A stretch of DNA of 64,000 nt from Smithellaceae bacterium (GCA_963667845.2 CAXXVL010000002.1:1568001-1632000); one strand, 5' to 3'. Positions 9,300 through 19,415 are shown, numbered from the stretch's first letter. Program-made: numbers and translations. Notes: generated by a model not told the origin, from the sequence alone.

Positions 9300-10031
9300 C
9301 TAAATTTTTTGTTTATTGGGATTTCGTTTTTCTCCCAGGCTCTCCCACAAACCAATACCTGCGGGTCTTACGGGCAGCACGACTTCATGCCCCCAAAGTC
9401 TGGGCCTCAGCCAGCCTTTCGTATCCACCATGTCTTCCGGGCGAGGCGAGCAGGCGTCCCGATCCAGAGAAACCACCCGGATGCCCTTTTGCAAGAGCTC
9501 ACTCACAACGACCCGGTCGGGAAAGGCTCTTAAGTTCGAATACTCGATAAAACGGCCGCTCCATCCGCCTGCGGTCAGACCGACGGCTGCCGCGGCGCCG
9601 ATGATGCCATCGTTCGTGCCGCCGTGTCCGGAAAGGTGAGCACGTCCTGCCGCATGACGGGCGTCCTGCTGACTCACAATTGTAGCTGTGCACTGGAGCC
9701 CGAAGGATTGAAGCGCGGGCAGGGCCGGATCATCTTCTGCCGCCAGGCAAAGACCGGGGTCGCTACCGGGAAGAGACATGGCTTCAATGTGGGCTATGGC
9801 AACGCTCTTTAGCGTCTCGATAAAAGATATGTCCGGGCATTCGATGATGACACAGGCTGAACTGTTGTGGGAGGTGTAAGGAATGGCTGGATCGACAAGA
9901 AGCTGCTGACGGACGACGCCCCGCATACTGCAGGCCGAGGGGATCAATGGTTCATATAGTCGGGCAAGCTTGCCGGTACCGATTGCCGAACCCGCAATAT
10001 CCGTATCATCAAAGCCAATGAAGACGAACAT
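9300..10031 (-). CDS. TiaS N-terminal-domain-like (DDTD motif) hypothetical protein, 243 aa
   Basis: IGFDDTD, IPYTSHNSSAC, SDPGLC, DGIIGAAAAVG; GGAG upstream of ATG at 10031. Confidence 0.65.
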   Translation of the reverse strand: MFVFIGFDDTDIAGSAIGTGKLARLYEPLIPSACSMRGVVRQQLLVDPAIPYTSHNSSACVIIECPDISFIETLKSVAIAHIEAMSLPGSDPGLCLAAEDDPALPALQSFGLQCTATIVSQQDARHAAGRAHLSGHGGTNDGIIGAAAAVGLTAGGWSGRFIEYSNLRAFPDRVVVSELLQKGIRVVSLDRDACSPRPEDMVDTKGWLRPRLWGHEVVLPVRPAGIGLWESLGEKRNPNKQKI

Positions 10032-10174
10032 GCTTCTTTTTCTCCATGTCAGGGCTTCAAATATAGGAGTGACCCCTCCGCATGTCAATCATACGAGTAG
10101 ATTTTCTGACGGCTTTATTCACGGGCAGATTTGATACTCCTATTTCAAAAAAGGCAAAAAGCGGCCTCGACTTA

Positions 10175-10193
10175 AATTGACCAAAAGTCAATT
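10175..10193. promoter_or_regulatory. palindrome AATTGAC-N5-GTCAATT, candidate operator
   Basis: Perfect 7-bp inverted repeat in the divergent intergenic region. Confidence 0.35.
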
Positions 10194-10251
10194 ATTTTTT
10201 GCGTTCGGTATTTTGGATTCCTATAGAACTTCGATCTGATTGCTGTTTTTA

Positions 10252-10271
10252 TTATGTCATAAATGACATAA
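10252..10271. promoter_or_regulatory. perfect palindromic operator TTATGTCAT-AA-ATGACATAA
   Basis: 9-bp perfect inverted repeat; related copies at 1674-1726. Confidence 0.65.
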
Positions 10272-10298
10272 ATAGACGAAATTACTCATATTTTTGCG

Positions 10299-10327
10299 TT
10301 GACAACGCTTGATCTTGAATATATAAG
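10299..10327 (+). promoter_or_regulatory. sigma70-like promoter of fdnGHI
   Basis: TTGACA, 17 bp spacer, TATAAG. Confidence 0.6.
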
Positions 10328-10494
10328 AAAAGCGCAGTTAAAGCGTTACTTTCTCAAAAAACGTCGTGCTTGGAGTACCTTGCTTTTTCTAAAAGCTTTT
10401 CCCTGAAAGATGGCTCAATGGAAAAGTGGAATGTTTGAGGTCGAAGAGCATGAAAAAGAATGCATATATTTTCTGAGGAAAGGAGAAGGAATTC

Positions 10495-13400
10495 ATGAAC
10501 GTCAGCAGAAGAGGTTTCTTGAAACTTTCCGGCGCTGTCGCGGCGGTTAGCGGTTTGGGCATCAGCCTGAGCCCGACATCCACGCATGCCCAGCAGCTGA
10601 AGATCAAGTACGCCAAAGAAACCACAACGATTTGTCCTTACTGTTCAGTGGGATGCAGTATCATCGTATCCGTGCGAGACGGGAAGGTGATCAACACAGA
10701 GGGGGACCCGGACAGCCCCATCAGCAGGGGATCGCTGTGCAGTAAAGGCGGTTCGATTTACCAGATGGCCGTCAACGAAAATCGCCTGGGCAAACCGTTA
10801 TATCGCGCACCTTTCGCCACAAAATGGAAAGAAGTTGAGTGGGAATGGGCCCTTGAGAAAATCGCGGAAAACGTGAAGAAGAGCCGCGACGCCAGCTTCA
10901 AGAAAACCAACGCTAAAGGTGAAGTCGTTAACCGCACCGAAGGCATTGCCTCCGTCGGTTCCGCGGCGATGGACCTGGAAGAATGCTTCACGTATCAAAA
11001 ATTCTTAAGGGGGTTGGGCCTGGTTTACATCGAACATCAGGCCCGTATCTGACACAGTCCAACTGTACCGGCTCTGGCAGAGTCGTTCGGACGTGGCGCA
11101 ATGACCAATCACTGGGTCGATTTCAAAAATGCTGATGTTCTCCTGATCATGGGGAGCAATCCCGCTTCCAATCATCCCGTATCCTGGAAATGGATACAGG
11201 ACGCAGTCGATAAGCGCGGCGCAAAAATTATCTGTGTGGATCCGCGCTTCACACAGTCAGCCTCCAAAGCGCATCTGTATGCCCCGCTTCGTTCAGGCAC
11301 GGATATCGCTTTCCTGGGCGGCATGATTAAATACATTCTCGACAATAAACTGTATTTTGAAGAATATGTGAAGAATTACACCAACGCTTCCTTCCTTGTA
11401 AATCCGGCCCTCAAAATGCCCGGAGAGAACAAGGGCGTCTTCTCCGGTCTGACCAACGGAAAATATGAGAAAGATACATGGTCGTATCAGACGGATGCTG
11501 CCGGTGTGATTAAGAAGGACAAGAGCCTGAAAGACCCCAACTGCGTCTTCCAGCTTTTGAAGAAACATTATTCCCGTTACACACCGGAACTCGTTTCGAG
11601 AATCACCGGATGCCCGAAGGACAAGCTGATTGAAGTTTACAAACTATATGCTTCAACCGGCAAACCGGACAAGGCGGGCGTGGAACTTTACGCGATGGGC
11701 TGGACACAGCATACGGTCGGCACGCAGAACATCCGGACGATGTGTATGATCCAGTTGCTTTTGGGCAACATGGGTATCGCCGGCGGCGGTGTTGCGGCAA
11801 TGCGCGGCGAAGGCAATGTTCAGGGTTCCACCGACCACGGCCTGTTGTTCCATATCTGGCCGGGTTATCTGGGTGCACCGACAGCGTCACTTGCAACGTT
11901 AAAAGAATACAATGAGAAGCGGACACCGAAAACCAAGGAAAAAGATTCGCTCAACTGGTGGAAGAATTTTCCGAAATATTCGGCCAGTTTCCTGCGCTCG
12001 ATGTACGGCGCGAATATGAGCATCACCGATGCTTACGCGACGATGCCGAAGATCGATGATGGCGCCAACTATTCCTGGTTGATGATTTTCGATCAGATGT
12101 ACAAAGAAAAATTTACCGGCTTCTTCGCGTGGGGGATGAATCCCGCATGCAGCGGAGCCCACTCCAACAAAGTGCGCCAGGGGTTGGGTAAGCTCGACTG
12201 GATGGTCAACGTCAACCTGTTCGATAACGAAACCGGTTCCTTCTGGCGCGGTCCCGGTATGGATCCCAAAAAAATCAAGACGGAAGTCTTCATGCTGCCC
12301 TGCGCGTCTTCCATTGAAAAAGAAGGCAGCATCGCCAACAGCGGCCGTTTGATGCAGTGGCGCTATAAAGCGGTGAGTCCCGTGGGCGATGCTCTGCCGG
12401 ATGGCGACATCATGAGTGAAATCCTCTTCAAAGTTCAGGAACTTTACGAGAAGAAGGGTGGACCGCACAAAGAAGCCATTACGCAGTTAACCTGGCCGTA
12501 TGGCAAAAAGGTTGGAAAGCATTTCCACTATGATCCGCGGGCAGTAGCAGCCGAAATCAACGGTTTCTTCCTCACGGACAAAAAAGTCGAAAACCCGACC
12601 AAGAAGGGCGAATTCAAAGAATTCAAGAAGGGCGATCCCGTTCCCACGTTCGCCTGGCTGCAGGATGATGGCTCGACATCATCGGGTTGCTGGGTCTATT
12701 GCGGCTCCGTCGGCGAAAAAGGCAATCTGGCCATGCGCCGGGGGCAAGCCGATGCGACAGGCCTCGGACTCTTCCCTGAATGGGCCTGGTCGTGGCCGGT
12801 CAACCGCCGCATCATCTATAACGGCGCTTCCGTTGACCCGGACGGAAAACCCTGGGATCCGTCCCGAGCCGTCATCAAATGGAACGGCGAAAAATGGGTC
12901 GGCGACGTTCCGGACGGTGTCGGCGATCCCGGCAAGGGCCGGCCGCCTTTCATCATGAAACCGGACGGTGTGGCCAGCCTCTATGGACCGGGCTTAACCG
13001 ATGGTCCTTTCCCGGAACATTATGAACCGCTGGAATGTCCGGTGGAGAAGAACCTGATGTCGCCGCAGAAAAACAACCCGGTCATCAAGCGTTTCGACAA
13101 AAAGGGCGTGGGGGCGGATCTGGATGTATACTCGGGTGTTACCAGCTGTGATCCTCGCTTCCCGTTCATTTGTGCAACCTATCGAGTCAGTGAACACTGG
13201 CAGACGGGCGTTCTGACACGCTGGTGCCCGTGGCTCGCGGAAATGCAGCCCGGCATGTTTGTGGAAATGGGAGAAGAACTGGCGAAGGATAAAGGTATTA
13301 AAAGCGGCGATAAATGTATCGTCAGCTCGGCGCGCGGCGAGGTTGAATGTTCGGCCATCGTCACACCGCGTTTCAAACCGTTCAACATCGACGGCAACAT

Positions 13401-13602
13401 GATTCACGAAGTGGGTATACCTTGGCATTTCGGCTGGATCACAACGAAAGACCGATCCTATAATCCCGGCGATAAGAAAGCGGAGGTCTTTACGCACGGA
13501 GATGCGGCGAACCTTCTGGTTCCGACCATCGGCGATGCCAACACCATGATCCCGGAGAGCAAAGCCTTCATGGTGAACGTTGTGAAGAAGGGGGTGAAGT
13601 AA
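10495..13602 (+). CDS. fdnG: selenocysteine-containing periplasmic formate dehydrogenase alpha subunit (Tat substrate), 1035 aa; UGA=Sec at 11050-11052
   Basis: Tat motif SRRGFLK; CPYCSVGC; ORFs 10495-11052 and 11101-13602 in frame; readthrough EHQARI-U-HSPTVPALAESFGRGAMTNHW; MRGEGNVQG. Confidence 0.95.
11063..11080 (+). promoter_or_regulatory. probable SECIS element of fdnG
   Basis: CTG-(TA bulge)-CCG-GCTC-TGG-CAG hairpin about 10 nt after the UGA. Confidence 0.65.
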
Positions 13603-13603
13603 G

Positions 13604-14404
13604 ATGACCGAGAAAATTAAATTATACGACGATTCGAAATGTACCGCCTGTCGCGGTTGTCAGCTCGCCTGCAAACAGTGGAACGCGCTGAAAGCCTCCC
13701 AGACGGAAAATCGGGGCACTTACCAGAACCCGCCGGCGCTTAACCCGAACACCTTCCTGCTCATTCACTATCAGGATTACGTGGATAAGGACGGCAACGT
13801 CAAGTGGCTTTTCCGCAAGGAAGCCTGCATGCACTGCACGGACGCGGCCTGTGTGACGGTCTGCCCCAGTGGTGCTCTGCACTACAACAAGGAAACCAGC
13901 ACGGTGGCGCTGGATCACGAGAAGTGTATCGGCTGTAAAGAATGTGTTTCCGCCTGCCCGTTTGAAATTCCGAAGTATGACGCGAAAACGGATAAGGTTT
14001 ACAAATGCGATATGTGCGAAAGCCGCATCACCAATGGTCTGGATCCGGCCTGCGTCAAAGCCTGCCCGACTGGCGCATTATCCTGGGGGCTGAAGGATAA
14101 AATGCTGAAAGCCGCCGCCAAGCGGGTGGAAAAATTGGGTGGTGATGCCACGACTTACGGCGATAAATATGTCGGCGGCACGCACTTCATGTATGTGCTC
14201 AAGGAAAAAACGGCCGTTTACGCTGACATTCATAAAGACCCGAGCGTGCCGTGGTCTGTTACGATCTGGAAGAGCTGGCTAAAGCCATTGAGTTTACTGG
14301 CCGCGGGCGGTGTTTTGGGTGGAGCATTCCTCCATTACATGATTCACGGGCCGAAAACGCCGCATGAAGGAACGGGCCCGGAAGAAAAGAAGGGAGGAGA
14401 ATAA
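13604..14404 (+). CDS. fdnH: formate dehydrogenase beta (iron-sulfur) subunit with C-terminal membrane anchor
   Basis: CTACRGCQLAC, CMHC..CVTVCP, CIGCKECVSACP, CDMC..CVKACP; C-terminal TM helix. Confidence 0.93.
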   Translation: MTEKIKLYDDSKCTACRGCQLACKQWNALKASQTENRGTYQNPPALNPNTFLLIHYQDYVDKDGNVKWLFRKEACMHCTDAACVTVCPSGALHYNKETSTVALDHEKCIGCKECVSACPFEIPKYDAKTDKVYKCDMCESRITNGLDPACVKACPTGALSWGLKDKMLKAAAKRVEKLGGDATTYGDKYVGGTHFMYVLKEKTAVYADIHKDPSVPWSVTIWKSWLKPLSLLAAGGVLGGAFLHYMIHGPKTPHEGTGPEEKKGGE

Positions 14405-14406
14405 CC

Positions 14407-15081
14407 ATGCAAAAAGGATACGTACAAGTAACAGACAGTTATGAAAGAATATTGCACTGGATGCTGGCGATTTCCTGCCTGCTTTTATGTGTAACGGGAC
14501 TGGGCATGATGTTCCAGACATTTAACTTTATCGGCGCGCTGTTTGGCGGTTTGAAGAGCTTGAAACTGGTTCATAATTTTACCGGTTTGGTGTTTGCGGT
14601 TTCGCTCATTCTGGTGATCAGGATGTGGTGGAAGGAAGCGGGCGTTTTTGTGTTCCCCGAAGACCTCGACTGGATTTTGGCGGCAGGCGGATACCTGTGG
14701 CATGTGGACAAAGTACCGGAGACGGGGAAATACAATCCGGGGCAGAAAGCCTTTTTCCTGGTTGTGGCGGGTTTCGGTGTGATCATGATTATCACGGGAT
14801 TGATTATGTGGTTTCCCGGGTCCCTGCCGACAGGTTTTGTGCGGTGGATGTTCCCGCTGCACGCCCTGGGGTTTGTGGCGATCTTTGCGTTCTTCTTCAT
14901 TCACCTGTATCTGGGCACCATTGGTAACCCCGGATCGGTCGATGCAATGATCACGGGCTGGATGGACAAGCGGGTATTAACCATGCTGCATCCGAAGTGG
15001 GTCAAGGAGATGGAGCATGAAGGCAAGCTGGTTGTCTGGGGCGAGGAAACGAAATCCGACGCCCATGGACATCAGGCTTAA
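14407..15081 (+). CDS. fdnI: formate dehydrogenase gamma subunit (cytochrome b556); copy 2
   Basis: ERILHW, VHNF, GKYNPGQK, LHAL, IHLY; four TM segments. Confidence 0.93.
   Translation: MQKGYVQVTDSYERILHWMLAISCLLLCVTGLGMMFQTFNFIGALFGGLKSLKLVHNFTGLVFAVSLILVIRMWWKEAGVFVFPEDLDWILAAGGYLWHVDKVPETGKYNPGQKAFFLVVAGFGVIMIITGLIMWFPGSLPTGFVRWMFPLHALGFVAIFAFFFIHLYLGTIGNPGSVDAMITGWMDKRVLTMLHPKWVKEMEHEGKLVVWGEETKSDAHGHQA
14480..15072 (+). repeat. direct repeat copy B, identical to 1-593
   Basis: Direct comparison; identity ends at CAG (this copy) versus TAG (copy A). Confidence 0.95.
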
Positions 15082-15097
15082 GTAAAATCAGATTCAC

Positions 15098-15140
15098 AAT
15101 AAAGAGCCCGGAGGCGACAATCTCCGGGCTCCTTTATTTT
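15098..15140 (+). terminator. intrinsic terminator after fdnGHI
   Basis: GAGCCCGGAG / CTCCGGGCTC stem followed by CTTTATTTT. Confidence 0.8.
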
Positions 15141-15230
15141 CAGGCTTGCAGTCACGCTAACCCCCAATCAAGTTTTTTTTCACTTTTCCGCACGGATGAG
15201 CCGGTAATTAGAAATCCGGTACGATAATTA

Positions 15231-15259
15231 TTGACAAATCCGGCGCTTGATAATAACAT
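15231..15259 (+). promoter_or_regulatory. sigma70-like promoter
   Basis: TTGACA, 17 bp spacer, TAACAT. Confidence 0.55.
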
Positions 15260-15341
15260 TTCTCAACATCTAAATAAACCGATAGCGCGTTTGGCGCTTT
15301 TTTACTTTTTAGGGATATCTTAATCAGAGGTAAGGTGTCGC

Positions 15342-16331
15342 GTGAACAAAACGATTACTAAGAAGAAAGCTTTGGAAATTATTTCAAAATTTACACGATC
15401 GGGCGTACTTGTCGTCGGAGATGTCATGGTCGATCATTTCATCTGGGGCAAAGTATCGCGTATTTCTCCGGAGGCGCCCGTGCCGGTGGTCGATGTGCAG
15501 AAGGATTCCGTGATGCTGGGCGGTTGCGCCAATGTTCTCAATACGATCTACGCTATGGGCGGCAAGGTTTATGTTGCGGGTGTTGTCGGCGCTGACGACA
15601 TCGGCAAAGGATTGCTAAAACAATTAAGAGAACGTGATGTTGATACGGGCGGCATCATCGTCGAAAAAGGAAGGCCGACGACGTTGAAGACAAGAGTTGT
15701 TGCCCATGGACAGCAGGTGGTGCGGTTCGACTCGGAGAGCAGAAAACCTATCCCCCCAATGAGTCGCACCAAAATCCTTGCCTACGTGCGATCGCTCCGC
15801 GATAAAATAGGCGCCATCGTGATTTCCGATTACAGCAAAGGCGTCATTTCCAGAGAACTTATTGATGGCATTAAGAATATCGCCCGGGATTCGAATATTT
15901 TCTTATGCGTCGATCCGAAACAAAGTGACTTCTCTGTTTATTCGGGCGTCCATGTCATCACCCCCAATCACCATGAAGCCGCGCGTGCCGCCGGAATGGA
16001 AATGGTCAACGGGGATGATCTGCTGAAACTGGGTGAGGAACTGCTGACAAAATTTGATTTTCAGTCGCTGCTTATCACACGGGGTGAGGAAGGCATGAGC
16101 CTTTTCGAAAGAGGGCGTAAGATTGACCACACGCACTTTTCGGCGCAGGCGAAGGAAGTTTACGATGTAACGGGTGCCGGTGATACGGTTATTGGGGTGC
16201 TGGCTCTGGCTCTGGCTGCGCGGGCGAATCTGAAGGAGGCTACATCACTGGCGAACCACGCAGCCGGGATCGTTGTGGGTAAGGTGGGAACATCCACCGT
16301 GTCCCAGCAGGAATTAATCGGCGTGTTATGA
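15342..16331 (+). CDS. rfaE1: D-glycero-beta-D-manno-heptose-7-phosphate kinase (stand-alone RfaE domain I)
   Basis: RISPEAPVPVV, SDYSKG, DVTGAGDTV (PfkB family). Confidence 0.92.
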   Translation: MNKTITKKKALEIISKFTRSGVLVVGDVMVDHFIWGKVSRISPEAPVPVVDVQKDSVMLGGCANVLNTIYAMGGKVYVAGVVGADDIGKGLLKQLRERDVDTGGIIVEKGRPTTLKTRVVAHGQQVVRFDSESRKPIPPMSRTKILAYVRSLRDKIGAIVISDYSKGVISRELIDGIKNIARDSNIFLCVDPKQSDFSVYSGVHVITPNHHEAARAAGMEMVNGDDLLKLGEELLTKFDFQSLLITRGEEGMSLFERGRKIDHTHFSAQAKEVYDVTGAGDTVIGVLALALAARANLKEATSLANHAAGIVVGKVGTSTVSQQELIGVL

Positions 16332-16864
16332 GTAAACCGACGCAGGCTCTGCCGGTCAAACTGGTCTTCAGTGTTTTGGCTCCCGCGACCGGCTTAATCA
16401 ATGATACGATCAAGAACCTGTCCGCCCTTTATGGTTGGCCGGATTTCGTCAGCGGACAGATGGCCTTTGATTATACGGATTATTACCGTCCGGAGATGGG
16501 AGAGGCGCTGGTTAGAAGATTTCTGTCGATGGAGAAGTTGATCCGGCCGGAGACGTTGCCGGACATCAAGCTGGCGACGAATATCCTGGAGGGAGAGTCA
16601 ACAGTCGATAATCAGCGGAGAGTGAATATTGATCCCGGGTACTTATCTCAGGCTCACCTGATTCTGGCTACCGGCAAAGGATATACTCACAGGCCTTATC
16701 TGCGCGACGGGATTTATGCGGATCTGACATTAATATACCAAGGGAAAAAATTTTGTACGCTGCCTTGGAGTTATCCGGATTACGCAGACGAGCAGCAGCT
16801 GGCTATGCTCGGTTCAATCCGGTCGCGGTATTTATTGCAGTTAAAAATGACTGACTCGTTATAG
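16328..16864 (+). CDS. DUF4416 family protein
   Basis: TDYYRPEMG, IKLATN..E, RRVNIDPGY, LATGKGYTHRPYL, WSYPDY. Confidence 0.82.
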   Translation: MSKPTQALPVKLVFSVLAPATGLINDTIKNLSALYGWPDFVSGQMAFDYTDYYRPEMGEALVRRFLSMEKLIRPETLPDIKLATNILEGESTVDNQRRVNIDPGYLSQAHLILATGKGYTHRPYLRDGIYADLTLIYQGKKFCTLPWSYPDYADEQQLAMLGSIRSRYLLQLKMTDSL

Positions 16865-16887
16865 AATAATTTCGCAAGAGGATTAAT

Positions 16888-17766
16888 ATGATTAAAAGCA
16901 TGACCGGTTATGGTCGGGTGGATACCCTGTGCGGCGGCCGGAGTATTGTAGTGGAGGCCAAATCCGTCAACCATCGTTTTCTGGAGATTGCCCTCAGGAC
17001 GCCCGCCGCCCTGAATCCGCTGGAAATGGAATACAAAAAGAAAATCGGAGAAAGGTTCAAACGCGGGCGCATTGACGTGACGATCCGGTTGGAGGGCGAA
17101 GGTGCTGATACATCACGGTTGAACTTGAATATGGAAATTGCCCGAGATTACTTCGATGTTTTGAGCCGATTGAAGAATGAATTGGATATCCAAGAACCGA
17201 TCAGTCTGAAGAATCTCATCAGTTTTCGGGATATTTTTACGCCGCCTGCGGAGACACAACTGGATGCCGATTTTTTGAATCATGTGGGGCAAACGGTGCA
17301 GGAAGCGTTGACACTGCTGGCTAATATGAGGCAGGATGAAGGCATTGCTCTCTTTTCCGATATGCAAATGAGGCTTCGAGCGATTCAGGAAACGATGGCG
17401 ACCATCCAATCCCGTGCACCGCAGGTTGTGCTCGAGTATCAAAAACGTCTTTCAGAAAGGATCAAGGAGCTAACGGCCGGATTGGAGGTCGACGCCGGCC
17501 GCCTGGCTCAGGAAGTGGCGATCATGGCTGATCGCTGTGATATCACGGAAGAGATTGTTCGAATGCGAAGTCATATCAGTCAGTTTGACGCCCTGTTGCA
17601 AAGCGAGGATGCGGAAGGCCGGAAAATCGACTTTCTTTTACAGGAAATGAACCGCGAGATTAATACGATCGGTTCCAAGGGGAACGATGCAGAGATTGCC
17701 AAGCAGGTTATTGAGGCGAAAAGCGAGCTGGGCAAGTTGCGCGAACAGGCGCAGAATATCGAGTGA
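16888..17766 (+). CDS. yicC: YicC/YloC family endoribonuclease
   Basis: [45 protein letters not shown]. Confidence 0.93.
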   Translation: MIKSMTGYGRVDTLCGGRSIVVEAKSVNHRFLEIALRTPAALNPLEMEYKKKIGERFKRGRIDVTIRLEGEGADTSRLNLNMEIARDYFDVLSRLKNELDIQEPISLKNLISFRDIFTPPAETQLDADFLNHVGQTVQEALTLLANMRQDEGIALFSDMQMRLRAIQETMATIQSRAPQVVLEYQKRLSERIKELTAGLEVDAGRLAQEVAIMADRCDITEEIVRMRSHISQFDALLQSEDAEGRKIDFLLQEMNREINTIGSKGNDAEIAKQVIEAKSELGKLREQAQNIE

Positions 17767-18395
17767 AAAATATGCCGGACCAGGGATTGTTCATTGTTTT
17801 GTCTGCGCCATCCGGGACGGGGAAAAGCAGTATTTGTCGACGTTTGCTTGCGGCCTGCCCCGAAGTTGAGTTTTCCGTTTCTTACACATCCCGAACGCCT
17901 CGTCCCAACGAGATCAACGGAAAGGACTATCATTTCATTTCCCGTGAAGATTTTCAAAGGCGGATGGGTGAGGGAGAGTTCGTCGAATGGATAGAGAATT
18001 ATGGGAACTTTTATGGAACATCCGGCAAGTTGATGAAAGAAGTTTTAAACCGGGGCAAGGATCTGTTGCTCGATGTCGAACCGCGCGGCGCAAAAGAAAT
18101 TAAAAAGAAATTTGATAACGGCGTTTTTGTTTTCGTGCTGCCCCCCTCTTTAGATGAGCTCCTGAACCGGCTGAAAAAACGGGGGCATGAAAGTCCGGAG
18201 GTTATTAAAAAGCGGTTTACTCAAGCCGAGGGTGAATTAAAAGAAGTTTTGTGGTATGACTACGCCGTTTTTAACGACAATCTGGAAGTGGCCGTCAAAC
18301 AGGTGATCGCGATTTACCGCTCTGAGAAATGCAAAACAAGCCGCTTGCAGGATAAAATTAATCGTTTTTTTAAATATATGAATAGAGATATTTAG
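17763..18395 (+). CDS. gmk: guanylate kinase (start may be ATG 17772)
   Basis: [31 protein letters not shown]. Confidence 0.95.
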   Translation: MKNMPDQGLFIVLSAPSGTGKSSICRRLLAACPEVEFSVSYTSRTPRPNEINGKDYHFISREDFQRRMGEGEFVEWIENYGNFYGTSGKLMKEVLNRGKDLLLDVEPRGAKEIKKKFDNGVFVFVLPPSLDELLNRLKKRGHESPEVIKKRFTQAEGELKEVLWYDYAVFNDNLEVAVKQVIAIYRSEKCKTSRLQDKINRFFKYMNRDI

Positions 18396-18409
18396 GAGGT
18401 ATCAGGTTC

Positions 18410-18679
18410 ATGGCAAGAATTACAGTAGAAGATTCTTTAAGGGTGGCGCAGACCCGGTTCGGCTTGGTGTCGCTTGCCTCAAAGCGGGCGCGACAGCTGC
18501 TCAAGGGCTCCAAACCGTTAATGGAAAGTAAAAACAGGGAAATTGTTCTTTCGCTTCGGGAAATTGCGGCGGGAAAGGTCGTTTATGCTCATCCCGAATT
18601 CCTAAAAGGATCCCAGGAAGATTTTAAACCGATTCCTGATAATACAGAGTTTATTGGCGATGAAGAATATCTCGAGTAA
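18410..18679 (+). CDS. rpoZ: RNA polymerase omega subunit
   Basis: [28 protein letters not shown]. Confidence 0.93.
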   Translation: MARITVEDSLRVAQTRFGLVSLASKRARQLLKGSKPLMESKNREIVLSLREIAAGKVVYAHPEFLKGSQEDFKPIPDNTEFIGDEEYLE

Positions 18680-19415
18680 CCCCGGCGACAAGCTCATTTT
18701 TGCTTTGGATGCAGGAAGTTATGAAGAAGCGTTATCCTGGATAAAGCTTCTTTCCGGTCATGTCGGCATGTTTAAAGTGGGTAAAGAATTGTTTACATCC
18801 GTCGGGCCGCAAATTGTTCGCGAGATCAAGCAGAACGGTTCCCGGGTATTTCTCGATCTGAAATTTCACGACATCCCCAATACCGTCGCCCGTGCCGGTG
18901 AGGCCGCTGTGGCGCTGGACGTGGATATGTTTAACGTCCATGCTGCGGGCGGGAGCCGGATGATCCGGGAAACAGTCGACGCTGCGGCTGCCTGCGCTGC
19001 AAAGCGGGGAACAGCGACTCCCATTGTCCTGGCAGTTACCGTTCTGACCAGTCTGAATAACAGCGATCTCGAGGAAATTGGATTTGGAATAACCACGAAT
19101 GATTTAGTTCTTCGTCTGGCAACTATGGCCCAAAAGGCTGGAGCTTCAGGCGTTGTGGCTTCGCCTCAGGATATCATCGCTCTCCGGCAAGCGCTGGGAG
19201 ACGATTTTGTCATTGTAACTCCGGGCATCCGCAGCGCTGCTGAAAAGGTTTCGGATGATCAGAAAAGAACGCTGAGCGCTTTTGAAGCGATTCAAGCAGG
19301 GGCCGATTATATTGTCGTCGGCAGACCTATCCGCCAGGCCAAAGATCCGCTGGATGCGTGCCGCCACATCACTCAGGAAATTGCCGACGGCCTCGTTTGC
19401 CAAAACCGCTCATGA
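18660..19415 (+). CDS. pyrF: orotidine-5'-phosphate decarboxylase
   Basis: [42 protein letters not shown]. Confidence 0.95.
   Translation: MKNISSNPGDKLIFALDAGSYEEALSWIKLLSGHVGMFKVGKELFTSVGPQIVREIKQNGSRVFLDLKFHDIPNTVARAGEAAVALDVDMFNVHAAGGSRMIRETVDAAAACAAKRGTATPIVLAVTVLTSLNNSDLEEIGFGITTNDLVLRLATMAQKAGASGVVASPQDIIALRQALGDDFVIVTPGIRSAAEKVSDDQKRTLSAFEAIQAGADYIVVGRPIRQAKDPLDACRHITQEIADGLVCQNRS

Noticed and set aside
1750..13602. FDH alpha genes as nonsense-mutated pseudogenes or split genes
   Set aside because: Both stops are UGA at the catalytic Sec/Cys position, in frame and followed by SECIS-like hairpins.
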